Positions 55,566 through 64,000 of a DNA stretch of 64,000 nucleotides are shown piece after piece. Within the stretch, counting starts at the first letter, position 1. Each line of letters begins with the position of its first letter. The stretch comes from Ruminococcus sp. GTDB lineage: Bacteria; Bacillota; Clostridia; Oscillospirales; Acutalibacteraceae. The notes beneath the pieces are model-generated. The model did not search any database. It had not been told where the DNA came from and saw nothing but the letters and a program-made list of their open reading frames with translations. The stretch spans positions 10,884-74,883 of the forward strand of contig JAZQFT010000010.1 of NCBI GenBank assembly GCA_045539655.1. Direction: 5' to 3'. Position numbers and translations under genes: made by a program.

Positions 55566-57230
55566 TTATTCAAAGTCTTCGAAATCAGTATAGGTGTTTG
55601 CAAGCTTGATCTGGATGAGTGTGGCATCAAATACGCTTACAATACCGTCATCATCGAAGTCAGCGTTGAGTTTTTGTTCATCGTTGAATTCATCTAAAAG
55701 TGCAAGATATCTCTGGATAGAGGTGGCGTCGGTGATAGTGAGCTTGCCGTCAAGGTTAGCATCGCCGATGAAGTTGCTTTTTGTACCGATAGCTTTGATA
55801 ACAAAAGTACCGCCTATATCATCGCTTAGATAGTCTTTGTAAAAGTCCATGACATCTGTCAAAGAATATGTGCTGTAGTGAATGTAGCTTTGTCCGTGTT
55901 TTGACTGTGGCTTGAATATGTATTTAGAGCCTGTGGTCAGCCATTCACCTACACCGATAGAGTTTTTGCTTCCGTTTTGTTTAGTGATAGAAATGCCGAT
56001 AGCAAATTTTTCGCTAGTCACGCTGAAATCATCTGTGTCAACTGTGATGTAGCCCTGATGTTCGATGGTGCCGTTGCCGATTTCGGTCCATTTAGAACGT
56101 GTTTTTGATGGCTTGCCGGTGGATGAATCAACAGGAATATTATAGATAGTGTATAAAGCACCTTCTGATGTTGATTCAAAGTTCACTCGTTCGATTTTAT
56201 TAGCGTTTGTCTCGGTGTCAAAAACGTTGATGTATGTTATAGTATCCCAGTTGGTGATATATTCAAATTCATATGTAGCGCCATCGATTTCGTTCTGATA
56301 GATAGTTTTATTTTTGTCGTACAGCTCATAATCAGTGAAAGCATAGCTGTGACCAAATCGTGTGTCAAAGAGATATTCATCTTCGTAGGATATCCAGTAG
56401 TAACCGTTGTCACCCCAGTAGCTACCCCAGCTGTTTTTGCACAACCACGCACCGTTGTTTTGTGGTTGTGCGTCCGGCATGAAGTTGTTTTTAGAAAAAT
56501 CGTCGTTCCATCCGACTATTGAAATACAGTGACCGTTTAACTGAGAAGTAGCAAGTCCTTTTGTGTTGCAGTAGTATGCGCTGTTGTCAAAATCAAAGTT
56601 GTCTTCGTCGACGTGATAGTTACCGACTACAGCACCGTATTTATAGATAGCTGTTTTCACGCTTTCTATGTCGCCAGTGTCAAGATAAATAACGCTATTC
56701 ACAGCGACTTGCTTAGGGGCGGTGGCATCAAGAACAGAAAAGTTAGAAAAAGGTGTGGTTTCAGCATAATCCTTTTCAAGTCTTGGACCTTGCCATGATG
56801 TGAAATATCCGAGCGAGATGTAAGAGTAGCCACCATTTGAATAGTCACGGTTCCAACCTGTTCCATCGTTACGCAAAGTACCCCAGTGGTTCATATGCAT
56901 CGGTGCAAAATGCTCGACTTTATGTCCGTCTTTGAGCAAAGCTGTTTCAAGTGTAGCTGACGAACCGTACGCCCAACAGGTGTTGTACAACTGATCTCGC
57001 ACAGGTGTGGTGTAACCGAGTTTTTTTGAACTGTATGATTTCGGCAGTGATACATCAGCTTCGAGCTTTGTGCCACTTATTTCAAAATCAGCCGCAAGCA
57101 ACGAAGTTTCGGTTTGAGCAGCGGTAGAGGCGCTGTCAATATTAGCTGCATTTACGGAAATCGTAAGTGTAAAAATCAAAGATATAGTCAATAAAACAGG
57201 AAAAATTTTCGATAAAACTTTCATATCCAT
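55566..57230 (-). CDS. Secreted papain-like (C1A) cysteine protease + lectin-like domain + dockerin
   Basis: PVRDQ...TCWAY, GHCISIVGWND and WLCKNSWG catalytic motifs; C-terminal dockerin GDANLDGKLTITDAT. Confidence 0.9.
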   Translation of the reverse strand: MDMKVLSKIFPVLLTISLIFTLTISVNAANIDSASTAAQTETSLLAADFEISGTKLEADVSLPKSYSSKKLGYTTPVRDQLYNTCWAYGSSATLETALLKDGHKVEHFAPMHMNHWGTLRNDGTGWNRDYSNGGYSYISLGYFTSWQGPRLEKDYAETTPFSNFSVLDATAPKQVAVNSVIYLDTGDIESVKTAIYKYGAVVGNYHVDEDNFDFDNSAYYCNTKGLATSQLNGHCISIVGWNDDFSKNNFMPDAQPQNNGAWLCKNSWGSYWGDNGYYWISYEDEYLFDTRFGHSYAFTDYELYDKNKTIYQNEIDGATYEFEYITNWDTITYINVFDTETNANKIERVNFESTSEGALYTIYNIPVDSSTGKPSKTRSKWTEIGNGTIEHQGYITVDTDDFSVTSEKFAIGISITKQNGSKNSIGVGEWLTTGSKYIFKPQSKHGQSYIHYSTYSLTDVMDFYKDYLSDDIGGTFVIKAIGTKSNFIGDANLDGKLTITDATSIQRYLALLDEFNDEQKLNADFDDDGIVSVFDATLIQIKLANTYTDFEDFE

Positions 57231-57346
57231 AACTCCTGAACGCGTTATTGCAAAATTTTACATTTATATTATATCAGCAAGTTTGGTGAATGTAAATAGA
57301 ATTTCTGCAGATAATAGTAAAATCTTTATGGACTTTGGGGGATAAC

Positions 57347-58231
57347 ATGGAAAGACGAACCGATCTTGCGCTGGAAGCAAGAGAACTAGCCGGAGAAAAT
57401 CTGCAGGGTGTTGACTATTCGGTCACAAAAAAAGATGCCATAGAAATTGAAAAAATGGTTGTAAAATCAGAAAAAGCCAGTCGTATGCTAAAAAAGCCTA
57501 TAGGCACATACGTCACGATTGAACTGCCACCACTGACTAATGATTTCAGAGATGTTGATGAGCGATTAGTTAGTATAGGTGACGAGATACGTTCACTTCT
57601 TCCTGTGAATGGTCTTGTTCTGGTTGTGGGACTTGGAAACACAGATATCACGCCTGATGCACTGGGTCCGAAGTCAGCGAACGGAGTGCTGGCAACAAGA
57701 CACATCACGGGTGAAATAGCAAAAAGCACAGGACTTGATAAGCTCAGACCCGTTGCTGTGCTCAACACAGGAGTGACCGGTCAGACAGGAATAGAAACAG
57801 GCGAGCATATACTCAGTATCGTGAAAAGAATAAGACCGACAGCTCTCATTGTGATAGATGCACTTGCATCAAGAAGACTCGAGCGACTTGGCTGTACGTT
57901 GCAGATTTCAAACACAGGCATATCTCCCGGTGCAGGTGTGCAGAATCACAGAACTAAAATAACACAGGAGTCAATGGGTGTGCCGGTTATAGCTATAGGA
58001 GTGCCGACGGTAGTAGATGCGGTGACGCTGGCTACTGATTTGCTTTGTGTTGATGATGAAAGAGATGGTGTGTTGCTGCGTGAAAGGGTTTCGCCAAAAG
58101 GTAGGTCAATGGTTGTCACTCCAAAAGAAATTGATTTGCTTGTTGACAGAGCTGCAAAGTTGATTTCACTGGCAATAAATTTTGCGTTGCAAAAAGATTT
58201 TGAGATATCCGATCTGATAGCTTTGTTGTGA
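57347..58231 (+). CDS. gpr: Spore germination protease GPR
   Basis: RTDLALEA, VVGLGN..ITPDALGP, IDALASR, GVPTVVDA, VTPKEID. Confidence 0.95.
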   Translation: MERRTDLALEARELAGENLQGVDYSVTKKDAIEIEKMVVKSEKASRMLKKPIGTYVTIELPPLTNDFRDVDERLVSIGDEIRSLLPVNGLVLVVGLGNTDITPDALGPKSANGVLATRHITGEIAKSTGLDKLRPVAVLNTGVTGQTGIETGEHILSIVKRIRPTALIVIDALASRRLERLGCTLQISNTGISPGAGVQNHRTKITQESMGVPVIAIGVPTVVDAVTLATDLLCVDDERDGVLLRERVSPKGRSMVVTPKEIDLLVDRAAKLISLAINFALQKDFEISDLIALL

Positions 58232-58264
58232 AGCATAGAAAAGTTTTGCTTAGCATACACTTTT

Positions 58265-59344
58265 ATGAATAGTGGGGTGGTATGCTTGAAACTGAAAGAA
58301 AAAATAAAAGCGACAATATGTGTGCTTTTGTCTTGTTCAATATGTGTTTTCGGTTCTTTTTGTGTTTATAGTAGTGTTGATAGGTGTGTCGGCGTTTCGG
58401 ATACCACAGCGTTGATGGCGGCTTTTTCTGTTATGCCTGACGGAAAATTTTCAAAAAGCGAGAAGCCGAAAGTTTCTTCAGTCGAAAAACCTAAAAAAAG
58501 CGTGAAAAACAGCGACGAAAATACAACAAAAGCAATAGCCGAAAACACTCATAAAGCTGACGAAAAAACTTATCCGATATCCGAGGTGGATTTGTCAGGC
58601 GGTGGTGTGCAGTATAATAATTTTTCCATAAACAACTCTACTTCATATGACATAGATGTTGAAAAAATACTCGAAAGTGGGCTGCCGTTTGATATAAAGG
58701 ATACAAGACAAGCACAGGTGCTCATTGTGCACACTCACTCGTGTGAGAGTTATATGGACAGCGACAACGGCTTTTATTATGAGAGCTTTTATCCAAGAAC
58801 AACCGACAAAGAAAAAAGTGTCATAGCAGTAGGCAAAGCTATATCAGACAGTCTGAAGTCAAAGGGTATAGGGGTGGTGCACGCAACAGTGCTGCATGAT
58901 GACCCGTCATACGACGGAGCGTACGACAGGTCTTACGCAACGATTATGAAGTATCTGAATAAATACAAGGAAATCAAGGTGGTGCTCGATATCCACAGAG
59001 ATTCTATGACACAAGAGGATATGACTCGTCTTAAACCCACGTTCACATATAAGGGCAAAAAAGCCGCCCAGATTATGATAATGACAGGACACGACGAGTC
59101 TATGACAGATTTTCCGTTCTGGGAGAATAATTTGAACTTTGCTGTAAAGCTCCAGAGTATGTGTGAATCAATGTACGAAGGATTCACTCGTCCGCTTAAT
59201 TTCGGAGATTTTACATACAATATGAATGCAAATACAGGTTCGTTGCTCATAGAAGTCGGCACAGACGCCAACACTCTTGATGAAGCGGTGCGTAGCGGAA
59301 AAATGCTTGGAAATGCGTTGGCACAAGTCTTGCAAAAATCCTGA
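58265..59344 (+). CDS. spoIIP: Stage II sporulation protein P
   Basis: VLIVHTHSCESY, LDIHRD, LLIEVG; gpr-spoIIP synteny. Confidence 0.93.
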   Translation: MNSGVVCLKLKEKIKATICVLLSCSICVFGSFCVYSSVDRCVGVSDTTALMAAFSVMPDGKFSKSEKPKVSSVEKPKKSVKNSDENTTKAIAENTHKADEKTYPISEVDLSGGGVQYNNFSINNSTSYDIDVEKILESGLPFDIKDTRQAQVLIVHTHSCESYMDSDNGFYYESFYPRTTDKEKSVIAVGKAISDSLKSKGIGVVHATVLHDDPSYDGAYDRSYATIMKYLNKYKEIKVVLDIHRDSMTQEDMTRLKPTFTYKGKKAAQIMIMTGHDESMTDFPFWENNLNFAVKLQSMCESMYEGFTRPLNFGDFTYNMNANTGSLLIEVGTDANTLDEAVRSGKMLGNALAQVLQKS

Positions 59345-59408
59345 ATCTTTGTTATACTGTACAATAGGATAATTTTGTAACAAGATTATGGAATGTTAGG
59401 TGGAAAAT

Positions 59409-59936
59409 ATGAGGAATACTAAAGCAATAGCTACTTTGGTTTCTATCTTAACTGCAGTACTTATGATATTTATGGTGTCTACCACTGTTTTTGCAACAGG
59501 TGATATAGGAGAATTCGTTCCTGTACCTGATGATTCAGTTCAAACAGAGGTTGTCGTTGATGATACACCACAGGAAACACAGGCTGTACAAGAGCCCGAA
59601 CAAGACATACCACAGGATACAGAGGAAGAAGAACCTGAGTATGAGCCTGAAGAAGACTACGAAGATAACTATGACTACATAGGAGACCTCGACGAAGATA
59701 TACAAGACTCTACTTACTATGAGATGTATAGCAACGAGTTGCCTGAAGTCGAGTCGCAGGACGTTACTTCTCCTACAGTTGTTGAGATACCCGAAGTAGA
59801 GGTCAGCGATACATCGCTTGTTGGCGGAGTTATAGCGTGGCTGTGTGTTGCTCTTGGAATAGCGGTTATTGCAGGAGTGCTTGTCAGCCAACGTACACGA
59901 CAGATCAACGGTAGCACTAATAGTCGCAGAAGATAA
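59409..59936 (+). CDS. Single-pass membrane protein with acidic disordered ectodomain
   Basis: Signal peptide, E/D/P-rich middle, C-terminal TM helix and short basic tail. Confidence 0.7.
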   Translation: MRNTKAIATLVSILTAVLMIFMVSTTVFATGDIGEFVPVPDDSVQTEVVVDDTPQETQAVQEPEQDIPQDTEEEEPEYEPEEDYEDNYDYIGDLDEDIQDSTYYEMYSNELPEVESQDVTSPTVVEIPEVEVSDTSLVGGVIAWLCVALGIAVIAGVLVSQRTRQINGSTNSRRR

Positions 59937-59938
59937 TT

Positions 59939-60901
59939 ATGAAAATAGGTAATGTGAATATAGAAGGATATGCGGCTTTGGCTCCTATGGCGGGGGTTGC
60001 TGACAAGGCATTCAGAGAATTGTGCGTGGATTTTGGTGCGTGCTATTGTGTTTCTGAGATGGTCAGCTCAAAAGGCATATCATATAACAGCTCAAAAAGT
60101 GCACAGCTGATGGAGCTATCAAAAAAAGAGCATCCGTGTGCGGTGCAGATTTTTGGCAACGAGCCACAAACTATGGCTGAGGCTGCTCAATTTGCTTTGC
60201 AGTACAAGCCCGAGATTATTGATATCAACATGGGCTGTCCTGCACCGAAAATCAGTGGCAACGGAGCGGGAGCAGCACTGATGAAAGATCCTGTGCTGTG
60301 CGGCGAAATAGTCAAGGCGGTGTCAGATGCAGTACCTATACCCGTCACAGTGAAAATCCGCAAAGGCTTTGATGATGAAAATATCAACGCCGTTGAGATA
60401 GCTCAGATTTGTGAAAAAAACGGCGCAAAAGCTCTCGCTGTTCACGGACGTACACGACAGCAGTATTACTCCGGCAAAGTTGACCTTGATATCATAAAAA
60501 GTGTCAAAAAAGCGGTGTCTGTACCCGTTATCGGAAACGGAGATATCCTTACTGCTGACGATGCAAAAAGAATGTACGACTACACACGCTGTGACCTTGT
60601 TATGGTCGGGCGAGGGGCACTGGGCAATCCGTGGGTGTTCAGCGAAATTAACTCGTACTTTGACGCAAAAGTTTTTTCAAAACCGGATTTTGAAGAAAAA
60701 ATGCAGGTCATGAAAAAGCACATCGAAAGCCTGTGCGAAAACAAAGGTGAATATATCGGTATGAGAGAAGCTCGTGCACACATTCCGCACTACTTAAAAG
60801 GTTTCAAGGGTGCTGCGAAATTCAGGAACGAAGCGTGCAGAGTATCATCGCTTTCGGATATGTATGCGCTTATTGACAAGGTGCAGGCATCTGCTATATA
60901 A
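59939..60901 (+). CDS. dusB: tRNA-dihydrouridine synthase B
   Basis: LAPMAG, QIFG, DINMGCP, VKIR, HGRT, NGDI, GRGALGNPW. Confidence 0.95.
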   Translation: MKIGNVNIEGYAALAPMAGVADKAFRELCVDFGACYCVSEMVSSKGISYNSSKSAQLMELSKKEHPCAVQIFGNEPQTMAEAAQFALQYKPEIIDINMGCPAPKISGNGAGAALMKDPVLCGEIVKAVSDAVPIPVTVKIRKGFDDENINAVEIAQICEKNGAKALAVHGRTRQQYYSGKVDLDIIKSVKKAVSVPVIGNGDILTADDAKRMYDYTRCDLVMVGRGALGNPWVFSEINSYFDAKVFSKPDFEEKMQVMKKHIESLCENKGEYIGMREARAHIPHYLKGFKGAAKFRNEACRVSSLSDMYALIDKVQASAI

Positions 60902-60951
60902 ATAATAATGTAAAATACAGCTTTAGCTGGGAAATATAAAGGGGAAAGATT

Positions 60952-62205
60952 ATGTACAAGGATATTATTGATTCAATTGGTTTTGTTGAGGGCTATGATA
61001 AAGAAGTAGCCGATGCAATGGCAACAGAACTCAAAAGACAAAGACAGAATATCGAACTCATTGCCAGCGAGAACATTGTTTCTCCAGCTGTTATGGCAGC
61101 GATGGGTTCAGTGCTCACTAATAAGTATGCAGAAGGTTACCCTTCTAAGCGTTACTACGGCGGTTGCTACGCTGTTGACGTTGTTGAAGATATCGCAAGA
61201 AAGCGTGCTTGTGAGCTTTTCGGCGCTGACCATGCAAACGTCCAGCCACACTCAGGTGCACAGGCAAATATGACAGTGTATTTTGCTATGCTTGAGCTCG
61301 GTGATACAGTTATGGGTATGAATCTTGCTGAGGGTGGTCACCTCACACACGGTTCACCTGTCAATATGTCAGGTAAGTATTTCAACTTCGTATCATACGG
61401 TGTTGACCCTGTTACACACAGAATCGACTACGATAAGGTGCTTGAGCAGGCTAAAGAATGCAAACCAAAGATGATTGTGTGTGGTGCTTCTGCTTATCCA
61501 CGTGCTATTGATTTCAAAAAGTTCAGAGAGATCGCTGACGAGGTCGGCGCATACTTGATGGTTGATATGGCTCACATCGCAGGTCTGGTTGCCGCTGGTG
61601 TGCATGAGTCACCTGTACCATATGCTGATTTTGTTACTACTACAACTCACAAGACACTGCGTGGTCCACGTGGCGGTTTAGTGCTTTGCAAAGAAGAGTA
61701 TGCTAAAGCTATCGATAAGGCGCTCTTCCCTGGCACACAGGGTGGCCCACTGATGCATATCATCGCTGCAAAAGCTGTGTGCTTTGGAGAGGCGTTGAAG
61801 CCTGAGTTCAAGCTTTATGGTGAGCAGATTGTCAAAAACTGTGCGGCTCTAGCTGATGGCCTTATCAAGCGTGGACATACTCTCATCAGCGGCGGTACTG
61901 ACAACCACGTTATGCTCATGGATCTTCGAAACGAAGGTATCACAGGTAAAGAGCTCGAAGCAAAGCTCGACGAGTGCTACATCACTCTCAACAAAAACAC
62001 TATCCCACAGGAGCCACTCAGCCCATTTGTAACAAGTGGTGTGCGTATTGGTACAGCTGCTGCTACAACAAGAGGCTTCAAAGAAGACGATATGGACGTT
62101 ATCGCTGAGTGTATCTCACTTGTTATCAAAGATTTCGATAACAATGCTGACAAGGTCAGAGCTATGGTAACACAGCTTTGTGCTAAGTACCCACTTTACG
62201 AATAA
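60952..62205 (+). CDS. glyA: Serine hydroxymethyltransferase
   Basis: [40 protein letters not shown]. Confidence 0.98.
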   Translation: MYKDIIDSIGFVEGYDKEVADAMATELKRQRQNIELIASENIVSPAVMAAMGSVLTNKYAEGYPSKRYYGGCYAVDVVEDIARKRACELFGADHANVQPHSGAQANMTVYFAMLELGDTVMGMNLAEGGHLTHGSPVNMSGKYFNFVSYGVDPVTHRIDYDKVLEQAKECKPKMIVCGASAYPRAIDFKKFREIADEVGAYLMVDMAHIAGLVAAGVHESPVPYADFVTTTTHKTLRGPRGGLVLCKEEYAKAIDKALFPGTQGGPLMHIIAAKAVCFGEALKPEFKLYGEQIVKNCAALADGLIKRGHTLISGGTDNHVMLMDLRNEGITGKELEAKLDECYITLNKNTIPQEPLSPFVTSGVRIGTAAATTRGFKEDDMDVIAECISLVIKDFDNNADKVRAMVTQLCAKYPLYE

Positions 62206-62274
62206 TTCTGATTCAGAAATATAAATGTTGGTATAAATTCTATAAAAGAATTATAATTTTAAAGGGAAGTTTGT

Positions 62275-63534
62275 ATGTCATCACCACTTGCTGACAGACT
62301 GCGTCCGCAGTCACTTGACGACATAGTAGGGCAGAAACACCTGCTTCAAAAAGACAAGCCACTTCGAAGAATTATCGAAAGCGGCAAAATTCCCAATTTA
62401 ATATTCTATGGTCCGTCTGGTGTGGGCAAAACAACGCTCGCTTCATATATCGCAAAGAGCACCAACCGTACCTTCAAAAAGCTCAACGGTACTACTGCGT
62501 CCACATCAGATATCAAAGAGATTTTTCAGTCGCTCGACACATTTGAGGGCATCAACGGAATTCTGCTTTATCTGGACGAGATTCAATATCTCAACAAAAA
62601 GCAACAGCAAACCCTGCTTGAATATATCGAAAACGGAAAGATCACGCTGATTGCGTCTACTACTGAGAACCCGTATTTCTATGTGTACAATGCGATTTTG
62701 TCACGTAGTACGGTTTTTGAGTTCAAGGCTGTTGAAAAAGACGAAGTCAAAAAAGCTGTACTCAGAGCATTCCGTGTTATCGCTGATGAGATGCAAAAGG
62801 AAATCAATGTTTCCGACAAAGCGGTTGAGCATATCAGCACTGCGTGCGGTGGTGATGTGAGAAAAGCGCTCAACGCAGTGGAGCTGTCTGTGCTTTCTGC
62901 CACTGATGACAACGATACTCTCACTGTCACGGATGAAACGGTGTTTGATCTCACTCAAAGAAGCGCTAACCGTTACGACAGAGATGGCGATGAACACTAT
63001 GATATAGTATCTGCATATCAGAAAAGTATGCGTGGCTCTGACCCTGATGCGGCTGTTCACTATCTTGCAAGACTGCTCGATGCTGGGGATCTGATGAGTG
63101 CGTGCAGACGACTTTTGGTTTGTGCGTGCGAAGATGTCGGACTTGCATATCCACAGATTATACCTATAGTTAAATCGTGTGTTGATATAGCACTGCAGGT
63201 TGGACTTCCTGAAGCACGACTTCCGCTCGCTGATGCTGTCATAATGGTAGCACTCGCTCCGAAATCTAACTCCGGTCACGATGCTATAAATTCCGCTATG
63301 CATGATCTGAAAATGGGCAAAAGCGGTCCTATCCCACGTCAGTTGCAGAATATGCATTTTGATGGTGAGGATAACCCTAACAAAGGTCAACACTACCTTT
63401 ATCCGCATGATTTCCCGAACCACTATACATATCAACAGTATCTGCCTGATGTTTTGAAAGACACAAGGTACTATGAGTTCGGTGACAACAAAACCGAACA
63501 GGCGTTCAAAGCCTACTGGGATAAAATTAAATAA
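62275..63534 (+). CDS. rarA: Replication-associated recombination protein A
   Basis: PLADRLRP, GPSGVGKT, DEI, TTENP, GGDVR, SAYQKSMRGSDPDAA, EDVGLA, YLYPH. Confidence 0.95.
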   Translation: MSSPLADRLRPQSLDDIVGQKHLLQKDKPLRRIIESGKIPNLIFYGPSGVGKTTLASYIAKSTNRTFKKLNGTTASTSDIKEIFQSLDTFEGINGILLYLDEIQYLNKKQQQTLLEYIENGKITLIASTTENPYFYVYNAILSRSTVFEFKAVEKDEVKKAVLRAFRVIADEMQKEINVSDKAVEHISTACGGDVRKALNAVELSVLSATDDNDTLTVTDETVFDLTQRSANRYDRDGDEHYDIVSAYQKSMRGSDPDAAVHYLARLLDAGDLMSACRRLLVCACEDVGLAYPQIIPIVKSCVDIALQVGLPEARLPLADAVIMVALAPKSNSGHDAINSAMHDLKMGKSGPIPRQLQNMHFDGEDNPNKGQHYLYPHDFPNHYTYQQYLPDVLKDTRYYEFGDNKTEQAFKAYWDKIK

Positions 63535-63718
63535 ATATTGACGCAAAAACGGCCATTCCATATGGTCGTTTTTTGTTTATTGCTATATATCTCTGTTTAC
63601 ATAAGATAAAAAATCGCCATAGAGTGGATGGTATATAGCTTTATTTGAAAAACAGATGAAATTCTTACAATTTTGTTATATAATGTATCCATAAAAAATA
63701 TGCTATTTAACTGACGGG

Positions 63719-63744
63719 AATGACATCTTTCGGATGTCATTTTT
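63719..63744 (+). terminator. Hairpin terminator in the long intergenic region
   Basis: AATGACATC-tttcg-GATGTCATT followed by TTT. Confidence 0.55.
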
Positions 63745-63967
63745 GTGCGTATTGAGCTTTGTTGGTCGTTATTTACAAATGATGATACGCTTTGTTGTGC
63801 AATATTTATGGTTTGAACAATTTGATGCAGAATTTTGACTTTGTGTCGAATTGTTGCTTGTAGTATTTGCATAAAATAGAGTTGTTGTATTTGGTGGTTT
63901 TGCACGATACGTTTTAGCTCTGATGAATTGATAGCATATGATTAGATAATACGAGGAGGTAAAAACT

Positions 63968-64000
63968 ATGCAGAACAAAAAGCACACAATGAGAAGTGCG
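63968..64000 (+). CDS. Start of a gene truncated by the window edge (MQNKKHTMRSA...)
   Basis: GAGGAGGT RBS 7 nt before ATG; too short to assign a product. Confidence 0.6.
   Translation, partial: MQNKKHTMRSA

Noticed and set aside
62701-63561. 286-aa minus-strand ORF, and similar long shadows such as 43235-43933 and 53044-53415
   Set aside because: They lie antisense to well-supported genes (rarA, the membrane protein, ppdK) and have no motifs of their own.

Overview
Chromosomal window from a spore-forming Clostridia member. The inference is Oscillospiraceae/Ruminococcaceae, R. bromii-like, based on four dockerin proteins and a CBM26-CBM74-dockerin starch binder. From left to right: (1) 1-3.9 kb holds two N-terminally truncated RHS toxin cassettes (TNT/NADase-like and Ntox44 tips, one immunity gene) downstream of a tRNA-Pro(GGG). 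(2) 4.3-10 kb is housekeeping: an esterase, lysC, hom and PBP1A. (3) 10.5-27 kb is a block of secreted proteins: dockerin-metallophosphoesterase, a Sas6-like CBM26/CBM74 protein, a SASP, an Ig-LamG-phosphoesterase, and a 3037-aa beta-helix/PLD-like/LamG giant. (4) 27-31.8 kb has xdhC, a dCMP deaminase, abrB, spmAB and a spoVAF/gerA-like gene. (5) 31.9-43.1 kb is the most interesting part: an intact 11.2-kb, 17-gene, single-strand virion-morphogenesis operon. It encodes TerS, TerL, portal, protease-scaffold, decoration, HK97 capsid, neck, tube, a Mu/PBSX-type baseplate and a short fibre. It has no recognisable integrase, repressor, replication, lysis, sheath or true tape-measure gene; a 50-aa unannotated ORF occupies the tape-measure slot. 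It looks like a domesticated gene-transfer-agent-like particle, possibly tied to sporulation. (6) 43-64 kb is mostly core genes: mfd, pth, prs, a half-length glmU, ppdK, dockerin-CHAP, dockerin-papain, gpr, spoIIP, dusB, glyA and rarA. No CRISPR array, rRNA or transposase was seen. All family assignments come from motif recognition by eye, not database searches.
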